From: an uncultured delta proteobacterium
GTDB lineage: Bacteria; Desulfobacterota; WTBG01
DNA: 64,000 nucleotides
Reading direction: 5' to 3'
Assembly (NCBI GenBank): GCA_963793865.1
Contig: CAWCBP010000009.1
Location: 13,424 to 77,423, forward strand
Shown: positions 31,321 to 40,630 of the stretch, in pieces
Position numbering within the stretch: position 1 is the first letter of the stretch
Layout: each line of letters begins with the position of its first letter
The notes under the pieces: model-generated
Told to the model about the DNA's origin: nothing
Databases searched by the model: none
The model's input: only the letters and a program-made list of their open reading frames with translations
Position numbers and translations under genes: made by a program

Positions 31321-33149
31321 ACGGTTGGATGGGCAGGCTGCTGAGGGTTAACCTGACGGACGGCACCATAAGGACCGAGGAGCTGCCCGGCGATCTGGCT
31401 CGCCTGTACCTGGGCGGGCGCGGGCTGGCCACAAAAATTCTCTATGACGAGCTGGATGTGAAGCTCGATGCCCTGAGTCCGGATAACAAGATGGTGTTTA
31501 TGACCGGGCCTTTGACCGGCACGGGCGCCCCGGGCGGGGCCTCCTATGTGGTGGTTACCAAGGCACCCCTCTCCGGCAGCATTGCCTGTTCCACCGCCGA
31601 GGGATACTTCGGTCCGGAGCTTAAGTTTGCCGGTTTTGACGGCATTATTGTTGAAGGAAGGGCCCCGGAGCCCGTCTATCTTTCCATAGAAGACCAAAAG
31701 GTCGAGATTCTTTCGGCATCGCATCTCTGGGGCAAGTCCACGCTCAAGACCGAGGAGCTCATCCGCAGGGAAAAGGATAATCTCTGGATTGCCCAGGAAA
31801 CGTCGGTGGCCTCCATCGGGCCTGCCGGTGAAAAGCTGGCCAAGATTGCCTCCATTGTCAATGACCGGCACCGGGTGGCCGCCCGGGCAGGGGTGGGGGC
31901 GGTGATGGGTTCGAAAAACCTCAAGGCCATCGCCGTCAGGGGCACCACATCGGTGACCCTTGCGGACGGCGCAAAGTTCATGGACGCGGCGGCGCGCGCC
32001 TGGGAAAAATTTAAAACCACCCCGGTGATTCCCCAGGCGCTCAACAATATCGGCACGCCGTTTCTGGTTGACCTCATCAATGATTGCGGCGCGCTCCCGG
32101 TGCGGAACTTCCAGACCGGGGTGATGCAGGATCACGAAAAGATAAGCGGCGAGCGCATGGCCGAAACCATTCTCAAGGCCAACAAGGGGTGCTTTGCCTG
32201 CCCCATTGCCTGCGTGCAGATGACCGAGGTTACCGATCCCGCCTTTCTGGGCAGGGGCGAGGGGCCGGAGTACCGCACCATAGCCCTCATCGGCGCGGGA
32301 TGCGGCATTACCAACATCAATGCCATTGCCAGGATCAGCTATCTCTGCGACGAGATGGGGATCGACACCCTGTCCTTCGGCGCGGCGGTGGCCTGTGCCA
32401 TGGAGCTGACCGAGAAAAAAATAATTTCCAAAAACGAGACGGGCATGACGCTCGACTTCGGGAACGCGGAGGCGGTGCTGGAGATGGTCGAGCAGGTGGC
32501 CAACCGCCGGGGCTTCGGTGAACTGCTGGCTGAGGGCGGCTACCAGCTGGCGCTGCGCTATAACCATCCTGAATATTTCATGGGCGTTCGCAAGCAGGGG
32601 GCCCCCGCGTTTGATCCCCGGGGGGTCCAGGGTCTGTGCCTCGAGTATGCCACCTCCAACAGCGGCGTATCCCATTCCATCGGTTACCTGGTGACCCACA
32701 AGATGCTCGGCATCCGGGGTGAGATCGACACCCGGGCCATCGAGGGCAAGGCGCCGCTGGTCAAGCTGTTCCAGGACGTCAATGCCGTGTTTGATGCCGC
32801 GGGTCTGTGCCGGCTGCTGCTCCTGGGGATCTGGGTGGAAGAAATCGTTCCACTGCTTGCAAGCGCAACCGGCATCGCCTGTACCGAAGACGAACTGCTC
32901 ACCGCGGGCGAGCGCATTTGGAACCTCGAGCGGCTGTTCAATATCCGGGCCGGCTTCAGCGGCGCGGATGACACCCTTCCCCGCAGGATGCTCCAGGAGC
33001 CCATGCCCGAGGGACCCGCCCAGGGTCAGCTCTGCAGGCTCAAGGAAATGCTCCCCGAATATTACGCCATACGGGGATGGGACGGGCAGGGGGTGCCGAC
33101 GGAAGAGAAGTGCAGATCGCTGGGCCTCGATCGGGATGGCAAGCCTTAG
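31317..33149 (+). CDS. Tungstopterin aldehyde:ferredoxin oxidoreductase (AOR) family protein, divergent active site
   Basis: LGGRGLA, ELKFAGFDGII, IGPAGE, GAVMGSKNLKAIAVRG, CFACPIAC, CDEMGID, DAAGLC and YYAIRGWD motifs. Confidence 0.92.
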   Translation: MNGWMGRLLRVNLTDGTIRTEELPGDLARLYLGGRGLATKILYDELDVKLDALSPDNKMVFMTGPLTGTGAPGGASYVVVTKAPLSGSIACSTAEGYFGPELKFAGFDGIIVEGRAPEPVYLSIEDQKVEILSASHLWGKSTLKTEELIRREKDNLWIAQETSVASIGPAGEKLAKIASIVNDRHRVAARAGVGAVMGSKNLKAIAVRGTTSVTLADGAKFMDAAARAWEKFKTTPVIPQALNNIGTPFLVDLINDCGALPVRNFQTGVMQDHEKISGERMAETILKANKGCFACPIACVQMTEVTDPAFLGRGEGPEYRTIALIGAGCGITNINAIARISYLCDEMGIDTLSFGAAVACAMELTEKKIISKNETGMTLDFGNAEAVLEMVEQVANRRGFGELLAEGGYQLALRYNHPEYFMGVRKQGAPAFDPRGVQGLCLEYATSNSGVSHSIGYLVTHKMLGIRGEIDTRAIEGKAPLVKLFQDVNAVFDAAGLCRLLLLGIWVEEIVPLLASATGIACTEDELLTAGERIWNLERLFNIRAGFSGADDTLPRRMLQEPMPEGPAQGQLCRLKEMLPEYYAIRGWDGQGVPTEEKCRSLGLDRDGKP

Positions 33150-33164
33150 GGTAAGGAGCGCAGG

Positions 33165-33602
33165 TTGAAAAAGCTTAAAATAGACTTCAAGCAGTGCTGC
33201 GGCTGCAGGCGATGCGAGGTGGCCTGCTCCCTCAATCACTTCGAGAACAGCGTCAACCCCAAAAAGTCGCGCATCCGGGTGATGGAGGCGGGTGATGTCT
33301 TCTACCCGGTGGTGGCCGGCCCGTTTAACAACGCCGAATGCACCTCCAAGAATATATTTGTCTTCGAAGGGCGGGAGATTGACGAGTGCATTATCTGCCG
33401 GGCCTCCTGTCCCATCAAGCCCTGGTTCAAGGAGCCCGGGACGGATGTGCTGCTCAAATGCGATTTCTGCGGCGACCCGCCGGACCCGGCCTGCGTGAAG
33501 TGGTGTCCCTGCCAGGCGATCACCCTGGTTGATGAAGAGGGTCACATTGAGATCAAGGTCGAGGACGTCAAAAAGGATTACCAGCGCAAGAAGGCAAAGT
33601 AA
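33165..33602 (+). CDS. Fe-S protein resembling BamC of class II benzoyl-CoA reductase
   Basis: C.GCRRCEVACS, SRIRV, then DECIICRASCP.K..FKEP..LKCDFC..P.P.CVKWC, which I recognise as the BamC pattern. Confidence 0.75.
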   Translation: MKKLKIDFKQCCGCRRCEVACSLNHFENSVNPKKSRIRVMEAGDVFYPVVAGPFNNAECTSKNIFVFEGREIDECIICRASCPIKPWFKEPGTDVLLKCDFCGDPPDPACVKWCPCQAITLVDEEGHIEIKVEDVKKDYQRKKAK

Positions 33603-33681
33603 ATGGGTCCGCAGCAGAGCTGCGGCACATCGGATGCTTTAAACTCACGGTATTCGTCGCAAACTGAAGGAAGGCGATTGC

Positions 33682-36600
33682 ATGTCAGAGCCCGTTGCTG
33701 CAAAGGAAAGCGCGATTGTCGGATCGGTGCTGGTGGCGGGAGGGGGCGTTGGCGGGGTGCAGGCTTCGCTGGACCTGGCCGATGCCGGGTACTTCGTCTA
33801 CCTGGTTGAGCGGTCCCCGGTTATCGGCGGCGCCATGGCCCAGCTGGACAAGACCTTTCCCACCAACGACTGCTCCATGTGCATCCTTTCCCCCAAGCTG
33901 GTGGAATGCGGCAGGCACCTCAACATTGAAATATTGACCCATTCCCGGATTACCGGCATCACCGGGGAGCCGGGAAACTTCAGGGTTTCCGTCCTGCGCC
34001 AGCCGTCCTACGTGGATCCGGCCAAGTGTGTCGCCTGCGGCGCCTGCGCCGAGAAGTGTCCCTCGAAGGTGAACGACGAGTTCAACGAGGGGTTTTCCCA
34101 GCGCCGGGCCATTTCCATCCCCTATCCCCAGGCAGTGCCCCACGTCTACCATATCGATCCCCGCTCCTGCCGCTACCTGACCAAGGGCAAGTGCCAGCTC
34201 TGCGTCAAGGTTTGCAAGGCCGGGGCCATCAACTTCGAGATGAAGGAGGAGGCGCGCGAGCTCCCGGTGGGCGCAGTGATCCTGTCGCCGGGGTTCGACG
34301 AATACGATGCCGCCAGAAAATATCCCTTCGGCTACGGCCGGTACGAGAATGTGGTTACCAGCATTCAATTCGAGCGCCTGCTTTCCGCTTCCGGCCCCTT
34401 TGAGGGCCACGTGCGGCGCCCCTCGGACAAGGCCGAGCCCGGGCGTGTCGCCTTTATCCAGTGCGTCGGCTCGCGGGATGTTCAGTACGGCAACGGCTAC
34501 TGCTCCGGCGTGTGCTGCATGTACGCAGTCAAGGAGTCGATTATTGCCAGGGAGCACGCCCCGGAGATGGACATCACCGTTTTTTACATGGACATCCGGG
34601 CGTATGGCAAGGGCTTTGACGCTTACTACGAAGAAGCCAGGGAAAAACACGGCATACGCTTTGTTCCCTCCAACGTGTCATCGGTCAAAGAGCTGCCGGA
34701 CACGCGCAACCTGCTGGTGAAATACGTCAGCGAAGAGGGAAGGGTGCGGGAAGAGGAGTTCGATCTGGTGGTGCTCTCGGTGGGGCTGGAGCCCTCACGA
34801 AGCAGCAAAGAGCTGGCCCGGGCGCTGGGCATTGACCTCAACCGGCATCACTTCTGCAGCTCGGGGATGTTCACGCCGCTCAACACCAGCAGGCCGGGCA
34901 TCTTTGTGACCGGCCTTTTCCAGGGGCCCAAGGACATCCCGGAAACGGTGGCCCAGTCAAGCGGCGCGGCGGGCCTTGCCGCAGCCCTGCTCAGCCCCGC
35001 GCGCAAAACGCTGGTGCAGGAGAAAAAGCTCCCCGCCGAGCTTGACGTGTCGGGGCAGGTTCCCCGCATCGGGGTGTTTGTCTGCCACTGCGGCATCAAC
35101 ATCGGCTCGGTGGTGGACGTGAAGTCGGTGGTGGCCTCCGCCAGGGAACTCCCCAACGTGGTGTATGCGGAGGAAAACCTCTACAGCTGCTCCCAGGACA
35201 CCCAGGAAAAAATCAAGGCGCTCATTGCCGAGCACAAGCTCAACCGGGTGGTGGTTGCCTCCTGCTCGCCCCGCACCCACGAGCCCCTGTTTCAGGAAAC
35301 CATCCAGGAGGCGGGACTCAACCGCTACCTGTTCGAGCTGGCCAACATACGAGACCAGTGCAGCTGGGTGCACCAGCAGGACAAGGAGGCGGCAACGGAA
35401 AAAGCCAGGGACCTGGTGCGCATGGCGGTGGCGCGGGCCGGCCTGATCGCGCCGCTCAAGCGGCTCACCCTGGAGCTCAATCCTTCCGCGCTGGTTGTCG
35501 GCGGGGGCATTGCGGGCATGGTAAGCGCCCTCAACCTGGCCGATCAGGGCTTTTCGGTCTACCTCCTGGAAAAAGAAGCGGCGCTGGGTGGGGTGGCACG
35601 CTCCCTGTACAGCACCCTGGAAGGCGGGAATGTGCAGGAATATCTGAACTCGCTCATCGGCCGGGTGCTGCAGCATCCGCGCATCACCGTGTACACGGAT
35701 GCCGAGCTGAAGAAGGTTTCGGGGTATGTGGGCAGCTACACCTCAACTGTTGCCGTCAAGGGCAGGGAGGAGCCGGTCGAGATCAGTCACGGCGCGGCGA
35801 TAATCGCCAGCGGGGCCAGTGAGTTCAAGACCGACGAATACGGCTACGGGAAGGACCGCCGCGTGCTTACCCAGAAGGAGCTGGAGGGCGAGCTGCAGAA
35901 AAAGAGCCCCCGGCTGAAGAAGGCAAAGAACGTGGTCATGATCCAGTGCGTGGGATCGCGCAGCGAGGAGCGCCCGTACTGCAGCAGGATCTGTTGCACC
36001 CAGGCGGTAAAGCACGCGCTGATGCTGAAGGAGCGCAACCCGGAGGTGAATGTCTACATTCTCTACCGGGACATGATGACCTATGGATTCAAGGAAGACT
36101 ACTACCAGCAGGCCCGTGAAAAGGGCATTGTGTTTATCCGCTATGATCGGGCCGACAGGCCCGAGGTAAAATTTGTCAAGGGAGACGAGGAGGACAGCCT
36201 GGTGGTCATTGCCCGGGATCCCTTCCTTGACACCCGGCTTTCCATCGAAACCGACCTGCTGGTGCTTTCGGTGGCAACCGTTCCGCCCGAAAGCAACCGG
36301 GAGCTGGGACAGCTTTTTAAGGTCCCCCTGAGCAGTGAGGGCTTTTTCCTGGAGGCCCACGTCAAGCTGCGGCCGGTGGATTTTGCCACCGACGGTGTCT
36401 TTGTCTGCGGCATGGCCCACTACCCCAAGCACATTGAAGAGACCATCGCCCAGGCAAACGCGGTGGGCTCGCGCGCCGGGATCCTGCTCGCCCGGGGAAG
36501 GGTTGAGGCGGAGGCAAACATAGCGGTTATCGATGAGAAGCGCTGCAAGGGGTGCGGTCTCTGCGTCGAGGTCTGCCCCTACAAGGCGTATCAGCCTGGA

Positions 36601-36799
36601 GGACCGGATGGTGCGCCTGGAGTCGATGGAGTTCAACGCCCGCAAGGCGGCGGTCAATCCCGCATCCTGCAAGGGATGCGGTTCCTGCGCCGCCACCTGC
36701 CCGGTGGGGGCCATTTCCCCGCTCCATTTCACCACCGTACAGATAGAAGCCATGATTGATCAGGCAGCAGTAAAAATGGAGAAAGCGTCCAATGAGTGA
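33682..36799 (+). CDS. hdrA: Heterodisulfide reductase subunit A-like, fused double-module form (~1000 aa, Cys version); apparent +1 frameshift near 36589
   Basis: [18 protein letters not shown], two CVGSR..CS..CC modules and ferredoxin inserts. The last ferredoxin motif [12 protein letters not shown] lies in the frame of ORF 36533-36799. Confidence 0.9.
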
Positions 36800-37226
36800 G
36801 CAGCACAACTTCACCCCCCGCATCGTCGCCTTCTGCTGCAACTGGTGCAGCTATGCCGGCGCCGATCTGGCCGGGGTAAGCCGCATGCAGTATCCCGCCA
36901 CGGCGCGGATCATACGGGTCATGTGCTCAAGCCGCATCGACCCCACCATGATCCTGCGCGCGTTTCTCGACGGCGCCGACGGGGTGCTGGTGGCCGGGTG
37001 ACACCTCGGCGAATGTCATTACCAGGATGGTAATTACAACACCGAGAGAAGATTAAACAACGCCACCCGTTATCTGGAGCGAATGGGTATTGCCGGAGCG
37101 CGCTTCCGCCTGGAGTGGATATCCGCGTCCGAAGGGGGAAAGTTCGCCGAGGTGATGCGCGATTTTACCGAGGATCTCAAGGGCCTGGGGCCCATGAAAC
37201 GTGAAGGAGTGCAGGCAGGTGAATAG
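36792..37226 (+). CDS. mvhD: Selenocysteine-containing MvhD/FlpD [2Fe-2S] protein (144 aa with UGA readthrough)
   Basis: [18 protein letters not shown] and [12 protein letters not shown](36999-37001)-HLGECHY; the frame stays open to TAG at 37226 through LEWISASEG. Confidence 0.93.
37014..37038 (+). promoter_or_regulatory. Putative bacterial SECIS hairpin (first mvhD)
   Basis: ATTACCA-GGA-TGGTAAT (37018-37034), with the stem starting 17 nt after the UGA. Confidence 0.75.
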
Positions 37227-38235
37227 CGTGCTGGTTGTGGGCGGCGGCATTGCCGGTTTGCAGGCGGCAGACAGTCTGGCGCGCGCGGGAGTGGAGGTTA
37301 TCCTGGCGGAGCGCGAGGACGATCTGGGCGGGAACCTCAAGTCCCTGGGGACCATTTTTGGGGACGGCAGGCAGGCCGCGGAACTTATCGAAATGCGGGC
37401 CAGGGCAATCAGCTCCTCGGCCAAAGTCACCATATGCACCGGCACGGAGGTTGTCTCGCTGGGGGGCGCGTATCCCCGCCTGAAGGCATCGCTCAAGACC
37501 CCGGGAGGATCGCGCGAGGTGGAGTGCCGTTCGGTCATTCTGGCCACGGGCTTCACCCCCTTCAACCCCTCAGGGATGAAGCGCTACGGGTTCGGCAAAC
37601 ACCCTGATGTGATTACCGCCCTGGAGCTGGCGGGAAAGCTGAAAGAGGGCAGGTTGGTCAGAAACTCAAACGGAGAAAAGCCGGGCTCGCTGGTCTTTAT
37701 CCAGTGCATCGGCTCGCGTGACCTGCGCACCCACACTTACTGCTCCGCGTTTTGCTGCATGTATGCGGTTCATTTTGCCCTGCAGGTCAAGGAGCGGCTT
37801 CCTCGGTGCCGGGTCGAGGTGCTGTACATGGACATCAGAACGCCGTTTTGCGCCGAGCTGGACTATGAAGCTGCCCGCCGGAAGGGCATCGGCTTCATCC
37901 GCAGCAAGCCCGCCGCGGTGCGGGCGGAACGGGAAAACGGCCGGCTTGCCGTGCAGTACGAGGACACCCTTGACGGCGGACTGCGCTTTTTGCCGGCGGA
38001 CATGGTAGTGCTCTCAATCGGCGCGGAGCCACCCCCGGATGCAGCCTCCATGGCCGCTTCGCTTCAGATTGCCACCGAAGAGTCGGGATTTTTTGCACCT
38101 GAGCCGGCCCCGGTATGCACCCGGGCAAAAGGGGTGTTTGTGGCCGGCGCTGCCGGCGGCCCCAGGGATATACGGACCTGCCTGGCGGAGGGCACGGCTG
38201 CCGCGGCACAGGCGGCGATTCTCTGCAGGGAGTAG
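37219..38235 (+). CDS. Minimal HdrA-like flavoprotein (no ferredoxin domains)
   Basis: VVGGGIAG and CIGSRD..YCSAFCCMY motifs; GTG start at 37219 after an AAGGAG RBS. Confidence 0.85.
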   Translation: MNSVLVVGGGIAGLQAADSLARAGVEVILAEREDDLGGNLKSLGTIFGDGRQAAELIEMRARAISSSAKVTICTGTEVVSLGGAYPRLKASLKTPGGSREVECRSVILATGFTPFNPSGMKRYGFGKHPDVITALELAGKLKEGRLVRNSNGEKPGSLVFIQCIGSRDLRTHTYCSAFCCMYAVHFALQVKERLPRCRVEVLYMDIRTPFCAELDYEAARRKGIGFIRSKPAAVRAERENGRLAVQYEDTLDGGLRFLPADMVVLSIGAEPPPDAASMAASLQIATEESGFFAPEPAPVCTRAKGVFVAGAAGGPRDIRTCLAEGTAAAAQAAILCRE

Positions 38236-38241
38236 ACGGGT

Positions 38242-38700
38242 ATGGACCTTCGCCCCGATTTAAGCACATACTACGGCACCGAGAACCTCTACGAGTGCTA
38301 CCAGTGCGGGACCTGCACCGGCGGGTGCCCGGTCAACCGCTATCTTCCGGAGTTTAATGTCCGGGCCATCGTGAAGCGGATCATGGAGGGGGACATCGAC
38401 CTCTCCGACCGCGCGCTCTGGTACTGCACCACCTGTTACAACTGCTACGAGCGCTGCCCGCAGCAGGTGAAGCCCCTTTACCAGGTGCAGGCGGCCACCA
38501 ACATCGCCTATGCAAAAGGCCTTGCGCCGGACGCGGTCAAGGACATGAACCGGATAGTGCTCAAGTGCGGCCGCAACAGCGAGATCACCAGCGCCGCCAG
38601 GAATCAGCGGCAGGCCTTCGGGCTTCCGGCGCTGAAAGAGGATGTGTCGGAGGACTACCGGAAGATTGCCGCCCTGACCGGATTCAGCAAAGGATTGTAA
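38242..38700 (+). CDS. hdrC: Heterodisulfide reductase subunit C-like
   Basis: CYQCGTCTGGCP and WYCTTCYNCYERCP motifs; directly upstream of hdrB. Confidence 0.88.
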   Translation: MDLRPDLSTYYGTENLYECYQCGTCTGGCPVNRYLPEFNVRAIVKRIMEGDIDLSDRALWYCTTCYNCYERCPQQVKPLYQVQAATNIAYAKGLAPDAVKDMNRIVLKCGRNSEITSAARNQRQAFGLPALKEDVSEDYRKIAALTGFSKGL

Positions 38701-39570
38701 ATGAGCTACGCCTTTTATCCGGGATGTGTCATCCCCCTTCAGGCGCCCAACTACGAGCTGTCGGCACGGGCGGTGATGAAGGAGCTTGCCATTCCCGTCA
38801 CCGATATCGAGGATTTCGGGTGCTGCGGGGTGCTGGCCGGCCCGCTCGACGGATTTACCATGCTCGCCTTTGCCGCCAGGAATATTGCCCTTGCGGAGAC
38901 CCGGGGCCTTGACGTCATCACCCTCTGCAACGGGTGCTTCGGGACGCTGAGCAAGGCCGCCCACCAGCTGGAACATAAAGAGGTGCGGGACAAGGTAAAT
39001 GCCGTGCTCAAGGAGATCGGCCTGGAGGTGCAGGGCAAAGCCAGGGTCTATCACTTTCACCAGATTCTCTACGATGTCATCGGGCTGGAGGAGATCCGGA
39101 AGAGAAACAAGCTGGATCTGAGCGGCTGCGCCATCGGCTGCCACAACGGCTGTCACCTGGTCAAGCCGAGCGATGTGCTCCATTTTGACCGGGCGGCCTA
39201 TCCCCGCAAGCTGGAAGACATGGTGGCGGCCACCACCGCGCGGGCGGTGCCGCCCCAGGGGTTCGAGCACTGCTGCGGATCGCTGCTCCTGCCGCACAAC
39301 CAGGATTCATCCTATGCCTTCGCGGTAAAGGCGGTGGAACAGAAAGGGGCGGTGGATGCCATTATTGTCAACTGCCCGGGATGCTTCAGGCAGCTGGACC
39401 TGGGGCAGGTGATGGCCAAGAGAAAGTTCAACAAGACCCTGAATACCCCGGTGGTCTTTTACTCGCAGCTCCTCGGCCTGGCCCTGGGCATCCCCGCCAA
39501 GGAGCTGGGGCTGGACACGGTTCATAAAATCAAAACCAGCGCGCTGCTGGAAAAATGCAAGCCTGCCTGA
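38701..39570 (+). CDS. hdrB: Heterodisulfide reductase subunit B (two CCG domains)
   Basis: FYPGC..CCG..CNGC and GCH..CCG..CPGC motifs; C-terminal YSQLLGLALG. Confidence 0.92.
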   Translation: MSYAFYPGCVIPLQAPNYELSARAVMKELAIPVTDIEDFGCCGVLAGPLDGFTMLAFAARNIALAETRGLDVITLCNGCFGTLSKAAHQLEHKEVRDKVNAVLKEIGLEVQGKARVYHFHQILYDVIGLEEIRKRNKLDLSGCAIGCHNGCHLVKPSDVLHFDRAAYPRKLEDMVAATTARAVPPQGFEHCCGSLLLPHNQDSSYAFAVKAVEQKGAVDAIIVNCPGCFRQLDLGQVMAKRKFNKTLNTPVVFYSQLLGLALGIPAKELGLDTVHKIKTSALLEKCKPA

Positions 39571-39619
39571 GCATGGTTGTGTTGCGGGGGCAGTGCGGCA
39601 GGATTGTATGGCAGGAACC

Positions 39620-40630
39620 ATGAATACATTTTTGGTGGTGGGTGGCGGCATTACGGGAATGCAGGCGGCCCTGGATCTCTCCCGGCTGGGCGGTAAGGTC
39701 ACGCTGCTGGAGCGGGAAGGGGAGCTTGGCGGGAAATTGAGGTACCTCCATAAACTCTTTCCCAGGGGGGAATCGGCGGCCGAGCTGCTCAACGCAACCC
39801 GGGCCCACATTGCAAAAGAAAACATCGAGGTTGTGACCGGCAGGCAGATAGCGCGGGCGGCCGCGCAGCCCTCCGGCTACCGGATTGAACTCACCGGGAA
39901 CGGCGCCGTACTTGACGTGCGCGGCGTGGTGCTGGCAACGGGTTTCGACCCCTTTGACCCCGCGGTCATTGAGGAGTACGGATACGGGCGGCTGAAGGAT
40001 GTGGTCACCGCCTTTGAGCTTGAAGAGATGATGAAGAGCGGAAAGGTGCTGCGGCCGTCGCAGGGCACCCCCCCGGGCAGGATCGCGTTTTTGCAGTGCG
40101 TGGGATCCCGGGACCGGAGGACCAATCGCTACTGTTCATATTTCTGCTGCACCTATGCCATCAAAGAGGCCCTGGCATTAAAAGCGCTGAACCCCGGGGC
40201 CGAGATAAGCATTCTGTACATGGATATTCGCACTCCCTACCTCTACGAACACCTGTACACCGAGGCCAGGGAGGGGGGCATCCGGTTTATACGGTCGCGC
40301 GTTTCCGGGGTAACCGCGGAGGAGGACTTTATAAACCTTGACCTTGAAAACACCCTTACCGGTGAATCGGAAACGCTGCGCTCCGATCTGGTGGTCCTGA
40401 CCATAGGGGGAGTTCCCCCGGCGGGAACCGCTGAGCTGGCGGCAGCGTTCAATCTGCCGCTCTCTGACCAGGGCTTTTTTAAGATAACCGAGCCGCCGGT
40501 GACAACCGCCGCGCCGGGGGTTTTCGTCGCGGGAGCGGCCGGCGGCATGAAGGACATTCCCCTCTGCCTTGCCGAGGCGAGCGCAAGCGCGCTTGAAATG
40601 AGCGCCTTTGCCGGTGAAAAGAAACCATGA
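39620..40630 (+). CDS. Second minimal HdrA-like flavoprotein
   Basis: VVGGGITG and CVGSRD..YCSYFCCTYAIKEA motifs; start uncertain (39608 or 39620). Confidence 0.85.
   Translation: MNTFLVVGGGITGMQAALDLSRLGGKVTLLEREGELGGKLRYLHKLFPRGESAAELLNATRAHIAKENIEVVTGRQIARAAAQPSGYRIELTGNGAVLDVRGVVLATGFDPFDPAVIEEYGYGRLKDVVTAFELEEMMKSGKVLRPSQGTPPGRIAFLQCVGSRDRRTNRYCSYFCCTYAIKEALALKALNPGAEISILYMDIRTPYLYEHLYTEAREGGIRFIRSRVSGVTAEEDFINLDLENTLTGESETLRSDLVVLTIGGVPPAGTAELAAAFNLPLSDQGFFKITEPPVTTAAPGVFVAGAAGGMKDIPLCLAEASASALEMSAFAGEKKP

Noticed and set aside
31317..33149. Calling the W enzyme BamB (benzoyl-CoA reductase)
   Set aside because: Its N-terminus, length and motifs resemble AOR sensu stricto, and no benzoyl-CoA pathway genes are in the window.
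31185..33545. 786-aa minus-strand ORF
   Set aside because: Antisense shadow of the AOR and BamC-like genes. The same applies to the other long antisense ORFs in the cluster.
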